Program-made: the position numbers and the translations under genes
NCBI GenBank assembly: GCA_040290255.1
Contig: PSMU01000001.1
Coordinates: 64,001 to 128,000 of the forward strand
Origin: Nitrososphaerota archaeon
GTDB lineage: Archaea > Thermoproteota > Nitrososphaeria > PSMU01
Direction: 5' to 3'
Length of the DNA: 64,000 nucleotides
The notes under the pieces: model-generated
Database searches by the model: none
The model's input: the letters and a program-made list of their open reading frames with translations, nothing else
Told to the model about the DNA's origin: nothing
Part shown: piece by piece, positions 1 to 10,360 of the stretch
Layout: each line of letters begins with the position of its first letter
Numbering within the stretch: the first letter of the stretch is position 1

Positions 1-918
1 ATAGAAGGGGACTTAGAGCCCATCAGCTCGAGGCTTAACTCCCAACGGCACTTCAGGATCTTGGCCCTAGCCACCATCGCGGCGAGGCCGGGCTTAACCT
101 TCAAGGGGTTGGCGAAGTATTTCTTCAATACTCTCATCGCCAACGAGAAGGGGCAGGACTATGTGGTGGAGGCGTTGAGTGACGCGAAGGACTTCCTCTT
201 GGATCAAGGGTTCGTTAGAGAGGTGAGGGAGAGGTACTTAGCCACCGACTTTGGCTATAGGGTCTCGACGCTCTACATAGACCCGCTGACGGCGCTCGGC
301 TTTCGCGACTTCATACGTTTATGCGCGGAGAGCGAGCCAACCGAACTGGAAACGCTCTACACGGTCGTAGCCGCCGAGGACTTCGAGCCCCGTCTCCCTC
401 CTAGGTCCAGGGATATCGAGCTAGCCGAGGACTTCCTCGAGGTACACGGGCACGAATTTCGGGTAGTGAGGCCACCGGAGCTTGACTACTTTGCCTTCGA
501 ACAGTTCCTGAAGCCCTTCCGCAGCCTCTTGGCCCTTTACTACTGGGTCCAGGAGAAGGGCGAGGATGACATTCTGAGGGACCTTGGCGTTGAGCCCGGT
601 GACCTACATAGGACGGTGGAGACGGCCATCTGGCTCACATATAGCTTAGGCGAGCTGGCAAAGCTCATGGGCAACTTAGGAGTCTATACATGCTGTTCTA
701 AGCTCACGGAACGAATGAGGTATGGCATCAGGGAGGAGCTGCTCGAACTCGTAAGCTTGGAGGGGGTGGGAAGAGTGAGGGCTAGGATACTGTATAATGC
801 CGGGTTCAGGACCAAGAGAGACCTGCGGAGAGCTAGGCTGGAGCAGCTAAGCAAATTACCTACCATCGGCGAGGTGATGGCCAAGAAGATAAAGGCCCAG
901 GTACAGGAGGAGCGCTAG
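1..918 (+). CDS. hel308: Hel308/Ski2-like DNA helicase, C-terminal part (starts before window)
   Basis: ATDFGYRVSTLYIDP, GDLHR..ETAIWL and RYGIREELLELVSLEGVGRVRAR HhH region; frame open from position 1. Confidence 0.9.
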   Translation: MEGDLEPISSRLNSQRHFRILALATIAARPGLTFKGLAKYFFNTLIANEKGQDYVVEALSDAKDFLLDQGFVREVRERYLATDFGYRVSTLYIDPLTALGFRDFIRLCAESEPTELETLYTVVAAEDFEPRLPPRSRDIELAEDFLEVHGHEFRVVRPPELDYFAFEQFLKPFRSLLALYYWVQEKGEDDILRDLGVEPGDLHRTVETAIWLTYSLGELAKLMGNLGVYTCCSKLTERMRYGIREELLELVSLEGVGRVRARILYNAGFRTKRDLRRARLEQLSKLPTIGEVMAKKIKAQVQEER

Positions 919-919
919 G

Positions 920-2299
920 ATGACCATCCTGCCCATCGATGCGAAGCGCTATGGAAGCGAGCAGATGAGGGCCTTATTTGACGAAGAGGAAAGGATGAGG
1001 CGCCTACTCTTGGTGGAGGTCGAGGTGGCCAAGGCGCAGGCAAAGTTAGGCCTGATACCAACAGAGGCGGCCAAAGAGATAGAGAAGGCGGCCGCTTCCT
1101 CGGGATTGACTTTACGCCTCTGGAGGGAGAAGGAGAAGGAGGTAGGGCATGAGGTGGGCGCTCTGGTGGAACTGCTACATGAATTATGTTCACCCGCGGC
1201 GAAGCCCTACGTGCATTATGGATTGACCAGCAACGATGTGCTTGATACGGCGACCTCCCTGCAGGTCAAGGATGCTCTGGCCCTTATAGAACAGAGAATA
1301 TCCAAGGTGATTCAGGCGCTCTGCGAGCTGGCCGTTAGGTACAAGGACCTCCCCGCAGCGGGTCGCACGCACGGCCAGTATGCCTCCATCATTCCCTTTG
1401 GGCTCAGGTTTGCGGTCTGGGCAGACGAGTTTCGCAGCCATCTGGAGCGGGCGCGACAACTAAAGGTGAGGGTCCTGCTCTGTAAAACTCTGGGACCCGT
1501 GGGCACGGGCTCACTGATGGGCATAAGGGCCCTAAGGGTGCAGCGGGAGGTGGCAAGGAACCTGGGCCTTCGCCCAGTGCAGGCCGCCACGCAGGTCATC
1601 GCCCGTGAAAGGATGGCCGAGCTCATGCTCTTCCTGGCACTGCTTAGCTCCACCGCCGAAAGAGTTGCAGTAACGCTCAGGTTGCTCCAGAGGGCCGAGG
1701 TGGGGGAGGTAGAGGAGCCCTTCGGCGAGAAGCAGATGGGCAGTAGCGCCATCCCCTCCAAGAGGAACCCAGTTAGGCTCGAAAGGGTAACCTCTCATGC
1801 GAGGCTTGTGAGGAGCTTGGCCCTGACGGCCCTCGAAAACGTCGCACTGTGGGAGGAGCGCGATCTGTCGAACTCGGCCAACGAAAGGATCGTGATTCCT
1901 ATGTGCTTCATAATAACGGAGGATGCCCTTATAGCCCTCGAAGAAGTGCTCAACGGCCTACGCGTCTTCGAGCAGAGGATACTCGAGAATGTAACAAAGG
2001 GCGAGTGGAGCCTATTCGCCGAAGGGCTGCTGGGCTTGCTCCTTAAAAGGGGCATGCCACGTTCTGAGGCGTATAGACTAATCCAAAGATTGAGCTGGAG
2101 GGCCAGGGAAGCCGGCGGTTATCTAGCGTTGTATGAGCAGGATGAGGAAGCCAGGAAGTACTTCACTAGGCAGGAGATAAGGCGCCTACTGAACCCCCGC
2201 GCGCAGATCGCTCCGGGCAGGAGAATATTAGAGCTCATCGTAAGGCGTGTCAGGGCTACGTCTATACGCGACGCCCACGGCGGCCGCCCTTTTTCCTGA
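920..2299 (+). CDS. purB: Adenylosuccinate lyase
   Basis: [14 protein letters not shown] and [11 protein letters not shown] fumarase-superfamily signature. Confidence 0.93.
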   Translation: MTILPIDAKRYGSEQMRALFDEEERMRRLLLVEVEVAKAQAKLGLIPTEAAKEIEKAAASSGLTLRLWREKEKEVGHEVGALVELLHELCSPAAKPYVHYGLTSNDVLDTATSLQVKDALALIEQRISKVIQALCELAVRYKDLPAAGRTHGQYASIIPFGLRFAVWADEFRSHLERARQLKVRVLLCKTLGPVGTGSLMGIRALRVQREVARNLGLRPVQAATQVIARERMAELMLFLALLSSTAERVAVTLRLLQRAEVGEVEEPFGEKQMGSSAIPSKRNPVRLERVTSHARLVRSLALTALENVALWEERDLSNSANERIVIPMCFIITEDALIALEEVLNGLRVFEQRILENVTKGEWSLFAEGLLGLLLKRGMPRSEAYRLIQRLSWRAREAGGYLALYEQDEEARKYFTRQEIRRLLNPRAQIAPGRRILELIVRRVRATSIRDAHGGRPFS

Positions 2300-2675
2300 C
2301 CGAATCGTGAGGTATAGGGGTGACATCCTCGATCCTGCCTATCTTAAAGCCCATGCGCGCCAAGGCTCTTATGGCGGCCTGCGCGCCCGGGCCCGGTATT
2401 CGAGGCTTAACGCCCCCCGGCGCCCTCACCTTTATGTGGAGGCCGACGATGCCCCTGGCCATCGCGAGCTCGCCGGCGGCAGTGGCTGCCTTCATTGCCG
2501 CGTAAGGCGAGGCTTCATTCCTGCCTCCCTTCACATGCCTTCCGCCAGAGCTTATCGCTATCGTCTCGGCGCCCGAGAGATCGGTGATGTGAACGATCGT
2601 ATTGCTGTATGAGCTGTAAATGTGCGCTACGCCCCACTTTTCTAACTTCGCCTCCTTTGTGGCCTCTTGGCTCAA
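2262..2675 (-). CDS. rps11: 30S ribosomal protein uS11
   Basis: [13 protein letters not shown]...[10 protein letters not shown]...GGRRGRRV. Confidence 0.97.
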   Translation of the reverse strand: MSQEATKEAKLEKWGVAHIYSSYSNTIVHITDLSGAETIAISSGGRHVKGGRNEASPYAAMKAATAAGELAMARGIVGLHIKVRAPGGVKPRIPGPGAQAAIRALARMGFKIGRIEDVTPIPHDSVRKKGGRRGRRV

Positions 2676-2735
2676 GGCCCGGAGCCGGGCCTAAAGGCTT
2701 TTAAGGTTTAAGGCCCTCATCGAGCGGAATCAGCT

Positions 2736-3506
2736 GTGAGTGAGAAAGTAATCATGCTAGAAAAGCCCGTACTGCATGAGCCCGTGCTGGTGGTGGGTCT
2801 TCCTGGATCCGGACTCGTGGGCAAGCTAGCCGTGGACCACCTGATAAGCCTCTTTGGCGGGAAGCTCTTTGCTGAGATATACTCCTACCGCTTCCCTCCC
2901 TATCTTGTAATAAAACAGGACGGGTCCTCGAGGCTGCTTAGAAACGAGCTATATTACTTGCATGTCAACGATATAAACCAAGATCTCATCGTCCTTACAG
3001 GCGACGCGCAGCCCTCCGATCCCGTAGGCCAGTATGCGCTGAGCGACAGGGCCCTAGATATAGCGGAGAGCTATGATGCGAAGCTAGTCGTGAGCCTTGC
3101 AGCGTACATAACGTACAGCCTCTCCAGCCCACCCATCAGCGTTTACGGGGTCACAACGCATAGTGAGCTCGTGCCCAAGCTACAGCAGATAGGCGTTAAG
3201 GTGATGGATGAAGGGAACATAAGCGGCATGAACGGCCTAGTGTTAGGTCTAGCTAAGCTTAGGAATATGAAGGGCGTATGCTTCCTCGGGGAGACCTCGG
3301 GCTATGTGGTCGACCCTATGGCCGCGGGCGCCACCCTAGAAGCGCTGGGCAGGTTCTTGGGGTTCACGATCGACGTGAAGTCCCTGCAGGAGAAGCAGAA
3401 GGAAGTTAGCGAATTCGTCAAGTCATTGCGTGAGTTCCAGCGCAGGGTCGAGGAAGAAAGGGCCAAAGCGGGAGAGCAGGCAAAGGACCTGGGCTACATA
3501 AGCTAG
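2736..3506 (+). CDS. Proteasome assembly chaperone PAC2 family protein
   Basis: GLPGSGLVGKLAVDHL, LTGDAQP, CFLGETSGY.VDP motifs. Confidence 0.85.
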   Translation: MSEKVIMLEKPVLHEPVLVVGLPGSGLVGKLAVDHLISLFGGKLFAEIYSYRFPPYLVIKQDGSSRLLRNELYYLHVNDINQDLIVLTGDAQPSDPVGQYALSDRALDIAESYDAKLVVSLAAYITYSLSSPPISVYGVTTHSELVPKLQQIGVKVMDEGNISGMNGLVLGLAKLRNMKGVCFLGETSGYVVDPMAAGATLEALGRFLGFTIDVKSLQEKQKEVSEFVKSLREFQRRVEEERAKAGEQAKDLGYIS

Positions 3507-3531
3507 CGCCTTAGCACGTATAATAGCCCCA

Positions 3532-3921
3532 CTAAACTAGGTCCTCTTCCGTGCCCACCTTCCTAAGGGCCTTGGGCGGGAGTTTGACGTCAATCTTGAA
3601 CTCCGAGGGCGTAAATTTCTTCAGCTGAGGCTTGGTAAGCACAAGCGCACATCGGTTATCGGGGAGCCTCTTATTTATGAAGCAGTCCGCGTAGATGCAG
3701 GAGGGGCCCAAGCAGTCGGCCTGGAACCAAGTGCAATACATTCTGCCGGCCCTTATCTCTAGGGCCCTCTTATTACACTTGAAGTGTATACAGCGGGCCC
3801 AGCACAGGCCCTGCGGGTCGGGGCCTTCAACCCTTAGCGGTTGCCTTTGCGGCAGAGGCTGAGGGCCGGGCCTGCCCGACTCCCTAGACATGCTCCTTCT
3901 ACCTACGCCCGTTGAGCCCAC
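3532..3921 (-). CDS. Cys-rich hypothetical protein (probable metal-binding)
   Basis: CxxxCxxFxC and CTW...CxGxxCxYAxC...C pattern; start uncertain. Confidence 0.6.
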   Translation of the reverse strand: MGSTGVGRRSMSRESGRPGPQPLPQRQPLRVEGPDPQGLCWARCIHFKCNKRALEIRAGRMYCTWFQADCLGPSCIYADCFINKRLPDNRCALVLTKPQLKKFTPSEFKIDVKLPPKALRKVGTEEDLV

Positions 3922-3974
3922 GCTGAGCTAATAAGCCTTATGGTAAGCTCGCTCTTCGCCGGCGCTCAGGATCT

Positions 3975-4868
3975 TTACCATTTTCTTACGTCCCCCTCCA
4001 GCAGGCCGGAGCCTATGTGCACGCGATCGATATGCCGACTCAGTTCCTTTTCATCTTCAAACGCCGATAGGCAGTAGGGGCATCTGAGCGATGGAGCTCT
4101 TGTTATGCTGACCTCTGGCTTGACGGCGTAGTATGTGGGATCCTCGACTCCTGCCTTCAGGAAGGCCAAGGCCCTGCGCTTGCAGTTAGAGCAACGGCCA
4201 CAGTGAATGGGAACCCTGTCCCCGTTATGCTTCGTGAATCCCAGCCCTCCCGCATAACAACTATAGGTAAACTGCCAAGGTACCGAAAGCTCCTCGCCCA
4301 GCTTCACCACCGCATCCTTGTCATAGCCTATTAGGGGAGCATGAAACCTATATCCTCCGTGGAAGGTCGCGTGCTCCTGAAGAGCGTTCAACGCGTTAAT
4401 GAACTCAGGCGTGTTGTCGCGCATGGCGACAGGGGTCTCCCTCCTTATACCGAAGTAAATGTCGTAGCGCTCTCCCTTAGAGAGGTAAAGCGACTCAGCA
4501 TGCGCTAGCGCCACTAAGCCAAGAAGGGCATTTCTAACGGGATCCCACCACCATTGCATGCGCTTCTTGGCCTTTTCTATATCATTCAATTCTTCCATGC
4601 GCGTTTCAGGAATGGCCACGCCAGGCTTAGTCAGCAACGAGGTGCTCAGCCTACCGAGCCACGTTATATCCACCGTGATCAGCCCGCTTTTCATTATCTG
4701 TGCTATCCTTGAGACGCAGTACCTCTCCTCCGAAGCCGTCCTCTGGCCGTAGTCACAGAAGAGCAATAACAGCTTGGGCACAGCCAACTTCTTGTATACG
4801 TAAAAGGCCGTGGTGATGGAGTCAACCCCACCGGACGTAAGGATTATCGCGTTTCTGGCCTCGCCCAC
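3975..4868 (-). CDS. queC: QueC-like 7-cyano-7-deazaguanine synthase with C-terminal C2H2 zinc finger
   Basis: SGGVDS PP-loop, DYGQR, PVRN, TYSCY, HCGRCSNC; tail CPYC...HIDRVH. Confidence 0.85.
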   Translation of the reverse strand: MGEARNAIILTSGGVDSITTAFYVYKKLAVPKLLLLFCDYGQRTASEERYCVSRIAQIMKSGLITVDITWLGRLSTSLLTKPGVAIPETRMEELNDIEKAKKRMQWWWDPVRNALLGLVALAHAESLYLSKGERYDIYFGIRRETPVAMRDNTPEFINALNALQEHATFHGGYRFHAPLIGYDKDAVVKLGEELSVPWQFTYSCYAGGLGFTKHNGDRVPIHCGRCSNCKRRALAFLKAGVEDPTYYAVKPEVSITRAPSLRCPYCLSAFEDEKELSRHIDRVHIGSGLLEGDVRKW

Positions 4869-4949
4869 GGTGCAGTCTCCCCGTCCTGCCTTATCTGTTT
4901 ATCACTTCGCTACTTAAGAATAAATAGGGGCGCCTCCATGTGAGTAAAG

Positions 4950-5822
4950 GTGCAGCCTTTGTTATCACTTGAGACCTCGTTGGGCGACGTCGCCAGAACC
5001 AAGCTGGTCACGCTAAACCATAAGGATACGCTGGCGGAGGCCGTAAGGAGAATCGTCAGGGAGAGCTTCAGGAGGGTGCCCATCGTGGATGACGAGGGGT
5101 ATCTGCTGGGCCTGAGTAATGCCATGGACCTGCTGACGGTCGTATACAGGGCCTACAGGCTGTCAGCCCAGAAGGGCGATTACAGCATATTTAGAAGGGT
5201 CATAGAAAGGCCGCTGGGGGAGTTCAACTGGCTTAACTACATCTGCCTCCCCGCGCAGACCCCCTTAGCGGATGCCATACGCGCTATGTGGAGAAAGGGC
5301 GTGGGGGTCGTGGTCCTACTCGAAGAGGGCAAGCCCACGGGCATCCTAACCGAGAGGGATATCGTAATCCGCCTTACCAAGGAGCCTGCCCTGCAGGAGT
5401 ATGTTTCAAGGCATATGACCAAGGACTTCTATAAGGCTTCGGCGGATGCCCCCCTGAGGGACGTCCTCGAGAAGATGGTGGAGGTGGGGATTCGCCGCAT
5501 ACCCATCTTCGATGGCGAGGAGTTGGCCGGCCTGTTAAGGGAGAAGGACGCGCTGTCGTCCATCGCCACCCATTTAACCAAGCCCGAGGAGCTGAATAGG
5601 CTCCTACAGGAACCCGTCATCAAGGTCAGCTCAGCAAAGCCGCCCTCCGTGTACCCAGAGGCATCACTGAGCTATGCCGCCTCGCTGATGTCAGAGCTGG
5701 GCCTTGGCATCCTGATGGTCTATAATGGCCAGAGGTACTTAGGCGTCCTGACCGAGAAGGATATTCTGACCGCGCTCGTTAAGAGGCACCCGCACCTACG
5801 TCCCTTAAGGCTCAGGAGTTAG
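4950..5822 (+). CDS. Multi-CBS-domain protein
   Basis: Repeated RRxPxxD..GxL / GILTERD CBS motifs. Confidence 0.85.
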   Translation: MQPLLSLETSLGDVARTKLVTLNHKDTLAEAVRRIVRESFRRVPIVDDEGYLLGLSNAMDLLTVVYRAYRLSAQKGDYSIFRRVIERPLGEFNWLNYICLPAQTPLADAIRAMWRKGVGVVVLLEEGKPTGILTERDIVIRLTKEPALQEYVSRHMTKDFYKASADAPLRDVLEKMVEVGIRRIPIFDGEELAGLLREKDALSSIATHLTKPEELNRLLQEPVIKVSSAKPPSVYPEASLSYAASLMSELGLGILMVYNGQRYLGVLTEKDILTALVKRHPHLRPLRLRS

Positions 5823-5827
5823 CCCGC

Positions 5828-7294
5828 CTATCCCTTTATGACGCCCAGCGGCACCAATCTCACGACCTTGGTGGCGATCTTCAGCGCATGGCTCGTTTCG
5901 ACGACCTCGTCGACATCCTTATACGCCTGGGGCACCTCTTCTGCCGCTCCCTTCCAGCTGGGCGTTTCTATGTAGACCCCCTTTTCTTGCATTATCTGCT
6001 TTACCTTGTCGCCATATTGCCTGACCGCCGCCGAGCGGCTCATCATGCGCCCGGCGCCATGGGCCGTCGTTCCGAAGCTAAGCTCGTAGCTGTTTGCATG
6101 TCCTAGGAGCACCCAGCTGGCCGTGCCCATGCTGCCGGGGATTAGCACCGGCTGTCCGAGATCCTGATAATCCCTAGGTATGAGTGGCGAGCCGGCGGCG
6201 AAACTCCTCGTTGCCCCCTTTCTATGAACCAGCACCTGTTTTCGCTCCCCATTTACCTTATGTTCCTCGACCTTGGCTATATTATGGGCCACATCGTAGA
6301 CGAGCCTCATGCCCAGGGCCTCAGCGCTATTTTTGAAGACGCGCTCAAAGCTGAGCCGCGTCCAGTGCGTTATGAGCTGGCGGTTCGCCCAGGCGTAATT
6401 GCAGGCCGCATGCATGGCCGCCCTGTAATCCAGGCCTTCCCTACTGTTCACAGGGACACAGACCAGTTCCCTATCGGGCACGCTGATATTGTACCTCCTC
6501 ATTGCCTGCTCGCTGATTCTAAGGTAATCGCTGCAGACTTGGTGGCCAAAGCCCCTGCTGCCGCAATGAATGAGCACGGTGATCTGGCCCACCTCATAGA
6601 TCCCCATTCGCTTAGCGGCTTGCTCATCGAAGATGGCATCCACCCTCTGCACTTCAAGAAAGTGGTTCCCACTGCCCAGGGTCCCGAGCTCGGGCGCCCC
6701 CCTCCTCTTGGCCATTTCGCTCACCTTGGTGGGATCCGCGCCCTTCATCTGACCCTCCTCCTCGGCCCTTCTGTAATCCTCCTCCCAGCCATAGCCGTTG
6801 GCCACGGCCCACTTCGCGCCTTCTACTAGCACGTCATCCAGCTGCGAAGGACTTAGCCTTACCGTATGGTGGACCGCGCCCACGCCCGTGGGCACCTTCG
6901 TGAAGAGCTCATGCACCAGCTCCTTAATCCTGGGCCTGACGTCCTTCTCGTGCAGGTTTGTCGCTATGAGCCGTACGCCGCAGTTGATGTCATAGCCAAC
7001 GGCGCCGCTCGATATGATGCCTCCATCTAAGTCCGTGGCCAAGACGCCCCCCACGGGCATGCCATAGCCTTCATGGGCGTCGGGCAGCAGGACGACGTGC
7101 TTTTGCGCGCCCTGCAGATGGGCTACATTAACCGCCTGGTCGATCGTCCGATCGGTCATCATCTTATCCAAGAGCTTCCTGCTGGCGTAGATCGTGACGG
7201 GTACCCTCATACCGGGCTTGGCGTCCTTAGGTATCTGCCAGACATATTCGCTGATCTGCCGCAGGGGATACCTAAAGCTAACTAGAGCGCTCAT
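5828..7294 (-). CDS. rtcB: RNA-splicing ligase RtcB
   Basis: PDAHEGYG, VGYDINCG, GTLGSGNHFLE, HRKGAT, HGAGR. Confidence 0.97.
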   Translation of the reverse strand: MSALVSFRYPLRQISEYVWQIPKDAKPGMRVPVTIYASRKLLDKMMTDRTIDQAVNVAHLQGAQKHVVLLPDAHEGYGMPVGGVLATDLDGGIISSGAVGYDINCGVRLIATNLHEKDVRPRIKELVHELFTKVPTGVGAVHHTVRLSPSQLDDVLVEGAKWAVANGYGWEEDYRRAEEEGQMKGADPTKVSEMAKRRGAPELGTLGSGNHFLEVQRVDAIFDEQAAKRMGIYEVGQITVLIHCGSRGFGHQVCSDYLRISEQAMRRYNISVPDRELVCVPVNSREGLDYRAAMHAACNYAWANRQLITHWTRLSFERVFKNSAEALGMRLVYDVAHNIAKVEEHKVNGERKQVLVHRKGATRSFAAGSPLIPRDYQDLGQPVLIPGSMGTASWVLLGHANSYELSFGTTAHGAGRMMSRSAAVRQYGDKVKQIMQEKGVYIETPSWKGAAEEVPQAYKDVDEVVETSHALKIATKVVRLVPLGVIKG

Positions 7295-7398
7295 AGCGCG
7301 TGAAAAGGCCTCTTGCTATTTAAGCCTAGCTGACCTGCCCCTTAGGGGATCAGGGGCAGGTGTGGAAGGCGCGCCACCTTATGAAGATGAGGCCTCTC

Positions 7399-7866
7399 CT
7401 AGGGAGCCTGCTTGGCGTCCCTCGCCTGAGCCCTCATGCCTACATCCCAGATGCTTGTGGTGAGCACGACCATCATGCCGAAGGTGGCCACTGCCACGGA
7501 GAGGTGGAGGGTTACAAGCACAGGCACGAGCTCCTGAAGGACCACCAGTCCTCCTAACCAAATTTGAACCATTAAGAGCAGTAAGGCGAGCAGGCCCTTG
7601 GCCACCAGGCCCCTTTCTTTCCTCCTACGCAAAAGCAGATAGAGCACCGTCGACACCAGCAGTAGCCCGCTCAGGGCTGCCAGGAGCCTATGAGTCCATT
7701 CTATGAGGAGCGCCGCGGTCATGGGCTGTGGGAATAACTTTCCATGGCAAAGGGGCCAATCTGGACAGGCCAAGCCCGATCCCGTCTGCGTCGTGTACCC
7801 TCCCATGGAGACGGTAAGAAAGATGGCTATCGTAGCCGAGAGCGATAGGGTCCGTCCGGCATTCAT
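7399..7866 (-). CDS. ctaA: Heme A synthase CtaA/Cox15 family (short 4-TM type)
   Basis: GSGLACPDWPLCHG, IEWTHR, LHL in hydrophobic helices. Confidence 0.85.
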   Translation of the reverse strand: MNAGRTLSLSATIAIFLTVSMGGYTTQTGSGLACPDWPLCHGKLFPQPMTAALLIEWTHRLLAALSGLLLVSTVLYLLLRRRKERGLVAKGLLALLLLMVQIWLGGLVVLQELVPVLVTLHLSVAVATFGMMVVLTTSIWDVGMRAQARDAKQAP

Positions 7867-7898
7867 GCCGCCGCTTACCGTCGGTGCTTAAGAACTTT

Positions 7899-8063
7899 TT
7901 AATCATCCGGAAAGTAATAGCGCTTAACCACCCTATACCCCTTATCCGTCCTCGCCAATTCCAGGTTCAGATAGCAGCGCTCGCAAAACGCCAGCCATAC
8001 AGAGCCCTCTCCCTCTCGAATTGCTACTTCGTTCCCGCATTCACATGTTATGTTGGCCGTCAA
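7899..8063 (-). CDS. Small putative zinc-binding protein, 54 aa (MTANITCECGNEV...FCERCYLNLEL...)
   Basis: Hand-translated TTG-start ORF below the track cut-off; CxC and CxxC; fills the gap between same-strand genes. Confidence 0.6.
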   Translation of the reverse strand: MTANITCECGNEVAIREGEGSVWLAFCERCYLNLELARTDKGYRVVKRYYFPDD

Positions 8064-8068
8064 GGCAC

Positions 8069-8641
8069 CTAAGGTCTCCTGCCCAAGGCGCTTCTGGGCA
8101 CCTTGAACTCCCGCCCGCCCTGGAGTAAATTGACGTACCTGGCGAGCACAAAGAGAAGGGAGGAGAGCCTATTGATATAGGCTATGATTAGAGGGTTGAG
8201 GGCCTGCTCCCTGCTTAAACCGACCACGCGCCTTTCAGCCCTCCTACACACAGCCCTTGCCAAGTGCAGGTAAGCGCATGTCACCGAGCCGCCGGGCAGA
8301 ATGAATTGACGAAGGGTAGGCAGCCTACTGTTGTACTCATCTATGAGCCTCTCCAGCCTCTTAAGGTGATGCTTGGTCGTCGTCCTTGCCGGCTTAACGC
8401 CCTCGCCCGCTGCCACCTCAGCACCTATGATGAATAGGTCTAGCTGAATCCGCCTAAGCAAACCAGCTATGGTCCTCTCTTTGGCGCCCAGCGAGCTTAT
8501 GGCGATGCCCAACACCGAGTTAAGTTCGTCCAGCTCCCCTAGGACCTCCACCCTCTTATCGTCCTTGGGCACCCTTTCGCCGCCATAGAGCGATGTGCGG
8601 CCATCGTCTCCTCTCCCGGTATACGCTATCGTTTTGCCCAT
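8069..8641 (-). CDS. pduO: PduO-type cob(I)alamin adenosyltransferase
   Basis: YTGRGDDGRT, GELDELNS, FILPGG, RAVCRRAER, NRLS. Confidence 0.92.
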   Translation of the reverse strand: MGKTIAYTGRGDDGRTSLYGGERVPKDDKRVEVLGELDELNSVLGIAISSLGAKERTIAGLLRRIQLDLFIIGAEVAAGEGVKPARTTTKHHLKRLERLIDEYNSRLPTLRQFILPGGSVTCAYLHLARAVCRRAERRVVGLSREQALNPLIIAYINRLSSLLFVLARYVNLLQGGREFKVPRSALGRRP

Positions 8642-8674
8642 GGATCCCTACCTTTCATAGAATCAGCGCACGCT

Positions 8675-8980
8675 TTAGAATTTATGCTTGTGCTCTGCTG
8701 AGTGAAGCTTGAACGTGAAATCTCCTCGGATCAGCCTCTCTTGGAGCGAGAGCTCCAGTTCCCTTACCTCATTCTCATCCAGGCCCAGCTCTTTTAGGCC
8801 CCTCTTCGCAGCCCTCGTAAAGGAGACCGAGGCGTTAAAGCCGCCTATTCTGCCGAAAGTGACGCCGCTAAAACGAAAGCGCCTCCCCTCAACCTCTATG
8901 TAGCCCCTAATAAGGTGTGCGTGGGAATCCTCGTCGCCTTTGGCGCTGTAGACCACGACCGTGAATTTCTTATGTTTCAT
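8675..8980 (-). CDS. Hypothetical protein
   Basis: 101-aa ORF tightly packed with same-strand neighbours. Confidence 0.6.
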   Translation of the reverse strand: MKHKKFTVVVYSAKGDEDSHAHLIRGYIEVEGRRFRFSGVTFGRIGGFNASVSFTRAAKRGLKELGLDENEVRELELSLQERLIRGDFTFKLHSAEHKHKF

Positions 8981-9203
8981 CAGAAGCTTGCTCCTCCACG
9001 AACTCTATCCTCCTCTCCTCCTTGCTGACCCAGCTTACCCTAATCAAGCCGTTTATCTCAAAGGCGAGCAGTTCTTTATTTAGGTCACGCTGGGCGACAT
9101 CCCCATATTCGCGTTTTAACTTCTGAAGCAGGTCCTTGTCCGTCATGACCTTCTGCTCCTTTAACATCGTATAAATCACGTAGCGGAGCGGCGGTTTGAG
9201 CAT
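8970..9203 (-). CDS. Small winged-helix protein
   Basis: LNKELLAFEINGLIRV wHTH-like segment; ATG at 9203 preferred to the track start 9287. Confidence 0.6.
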   Translation of the reverse strand: MLKPPLRYVIYTMLKEQKVMTDKDLLQKLKREYGDVAQRDLNKELLAFEINGLIRVSWVSKEERRIEFVEEQASDET

Positions 9204-9479
9204 TTTTCCTACCTCGGCCCTTCCGCAGATGTGCCTCTTAAACAAAGCCATGGGGCCTGGCCTGGCTCGCCAAGGCAGGGAGCCCATAGCTGGGACTAAA
9301 TGCCAAGAAAGGCGGGCGCTCTACCAGATGGCTTGTCCTCCGGCTCCTTTTGGTCCCTCGCGCACATACTCCTGAGCCGAAGTCATGCTTCAGCTTAATT
9401 ATAGCGGCCTACTCTAAGGCATGCAAGCATAGCGGCTCTTGAGCATATATGGGACAGAGCGAGCGGCGGTCCTGAGCCA

Positions 9480-10331
9480 TCATAGCTTCACCGCGACATT
9501 CAGAATGGCCAAAGTACACAGGAGCGCCTCTTCAGACCTAACGGTGGCCACGTGCTGCTCGGGGATCGTGTTTAGAATGTAGTGCGCGATGCCTTCAAGC
9601 CTTGCGCCTTCGTCCCCCACGATCTCATACAGTCCACGGGCAGGTGAGCCAAATGCTACCAAGACCGATGAGGCCCGCTTTAAGTTATCGATCACCTCCT
9701 GCCAAACAAGGTGAACGGGCGTTCCTTCCCTCGCCGTGGCCACAAAGAGCGATGGTGCATAACGCCTGAGCAGCGTCAGGAGGCCGCCCACCTTATGGAC
9801 CGTGAAACCCCATCCCCTTGGCAACTGATTTTTATTGGCCAGCTCGCCCATCATACGAGCTCCTCTTCTAACGACCCTGACCGTGACCCTAGTGCCAGGC
9901 CGGGCCTCCGCGAGCAGCTCCAGGGGGTCGCTTAGCCCCACATCGGCCACCAACTTGGAACCAGCGCGCTTTACGATGCCCTCTCTCAGCTCCCCTTCCT
10001 TAAGCTCGGAGAGTGGGATGTATTCTTTATGATGGACCATTTTGAGGGGAGGAAGCAGCCCCGCGAACTTGAGCTCAGGCTTAATTGGGAATAGTGCGCG
10101 CCTTAGGTAGGGAGGCGTCTCCATATAGCTCAGGAGGAGAGATACGAGGTGGGCGTCTTCATCCTTGCCGTCCCTCCTATCACGATAAATGAAAACGCGC
10201 TCTACGCCAAAGATCGCAACCGCCCTGCCTATCAGGCCTACCTTCTCGGTCTTTTCTCTCAGCGTAGAGCACTCCATCAGGATGCTATCCGGTATGGCCA
10301 CCCAGAGCCTCTGCACAAGAGCGGATAGCAA
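9480..10331 (-). CDS. SPOUT RNA methyltransferase (DUF171 family)
   Basis: IGRAVAIFGV, YMETPPYLR, FGSP.RGL, NTIPEQ.VATVRSEEA. Confidence 0.88.
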   Translation of the reverse strand: MLSALVQRLWVAIPDSILMECSTLREKTEKVGLIGRAVAIFGVERVFIYRDRRDGKDEDAHLVSLLLSYMETPPYLRRALFPIKPELKFAGLLPPLKMVHHKEYIPLSELKEGELREGIVKRAGSKLVADVGLSDPLELLAEARPGTRVTVRVVRRGARMMGELANKNQLPRGWGFTVHKVGGLLTLLRRYAPSLFVATAREGTPVHLVWQEVIDNLKRASSVLVAFGSPARGLYEIVGDEGARLEGIAHYILNTIPEQHVATVRSEEALLCTLAILNVAVKL

Positions 10332-10360
10332 GCGATAAATTAACGGTTTCCTCGCGAGAG

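Noticed and set aside
9204-9479. Intergenic gap as a possible pseudogene or ncRNA
   Set aside because: Only short frames without recognisable motifs and no convincing fold.
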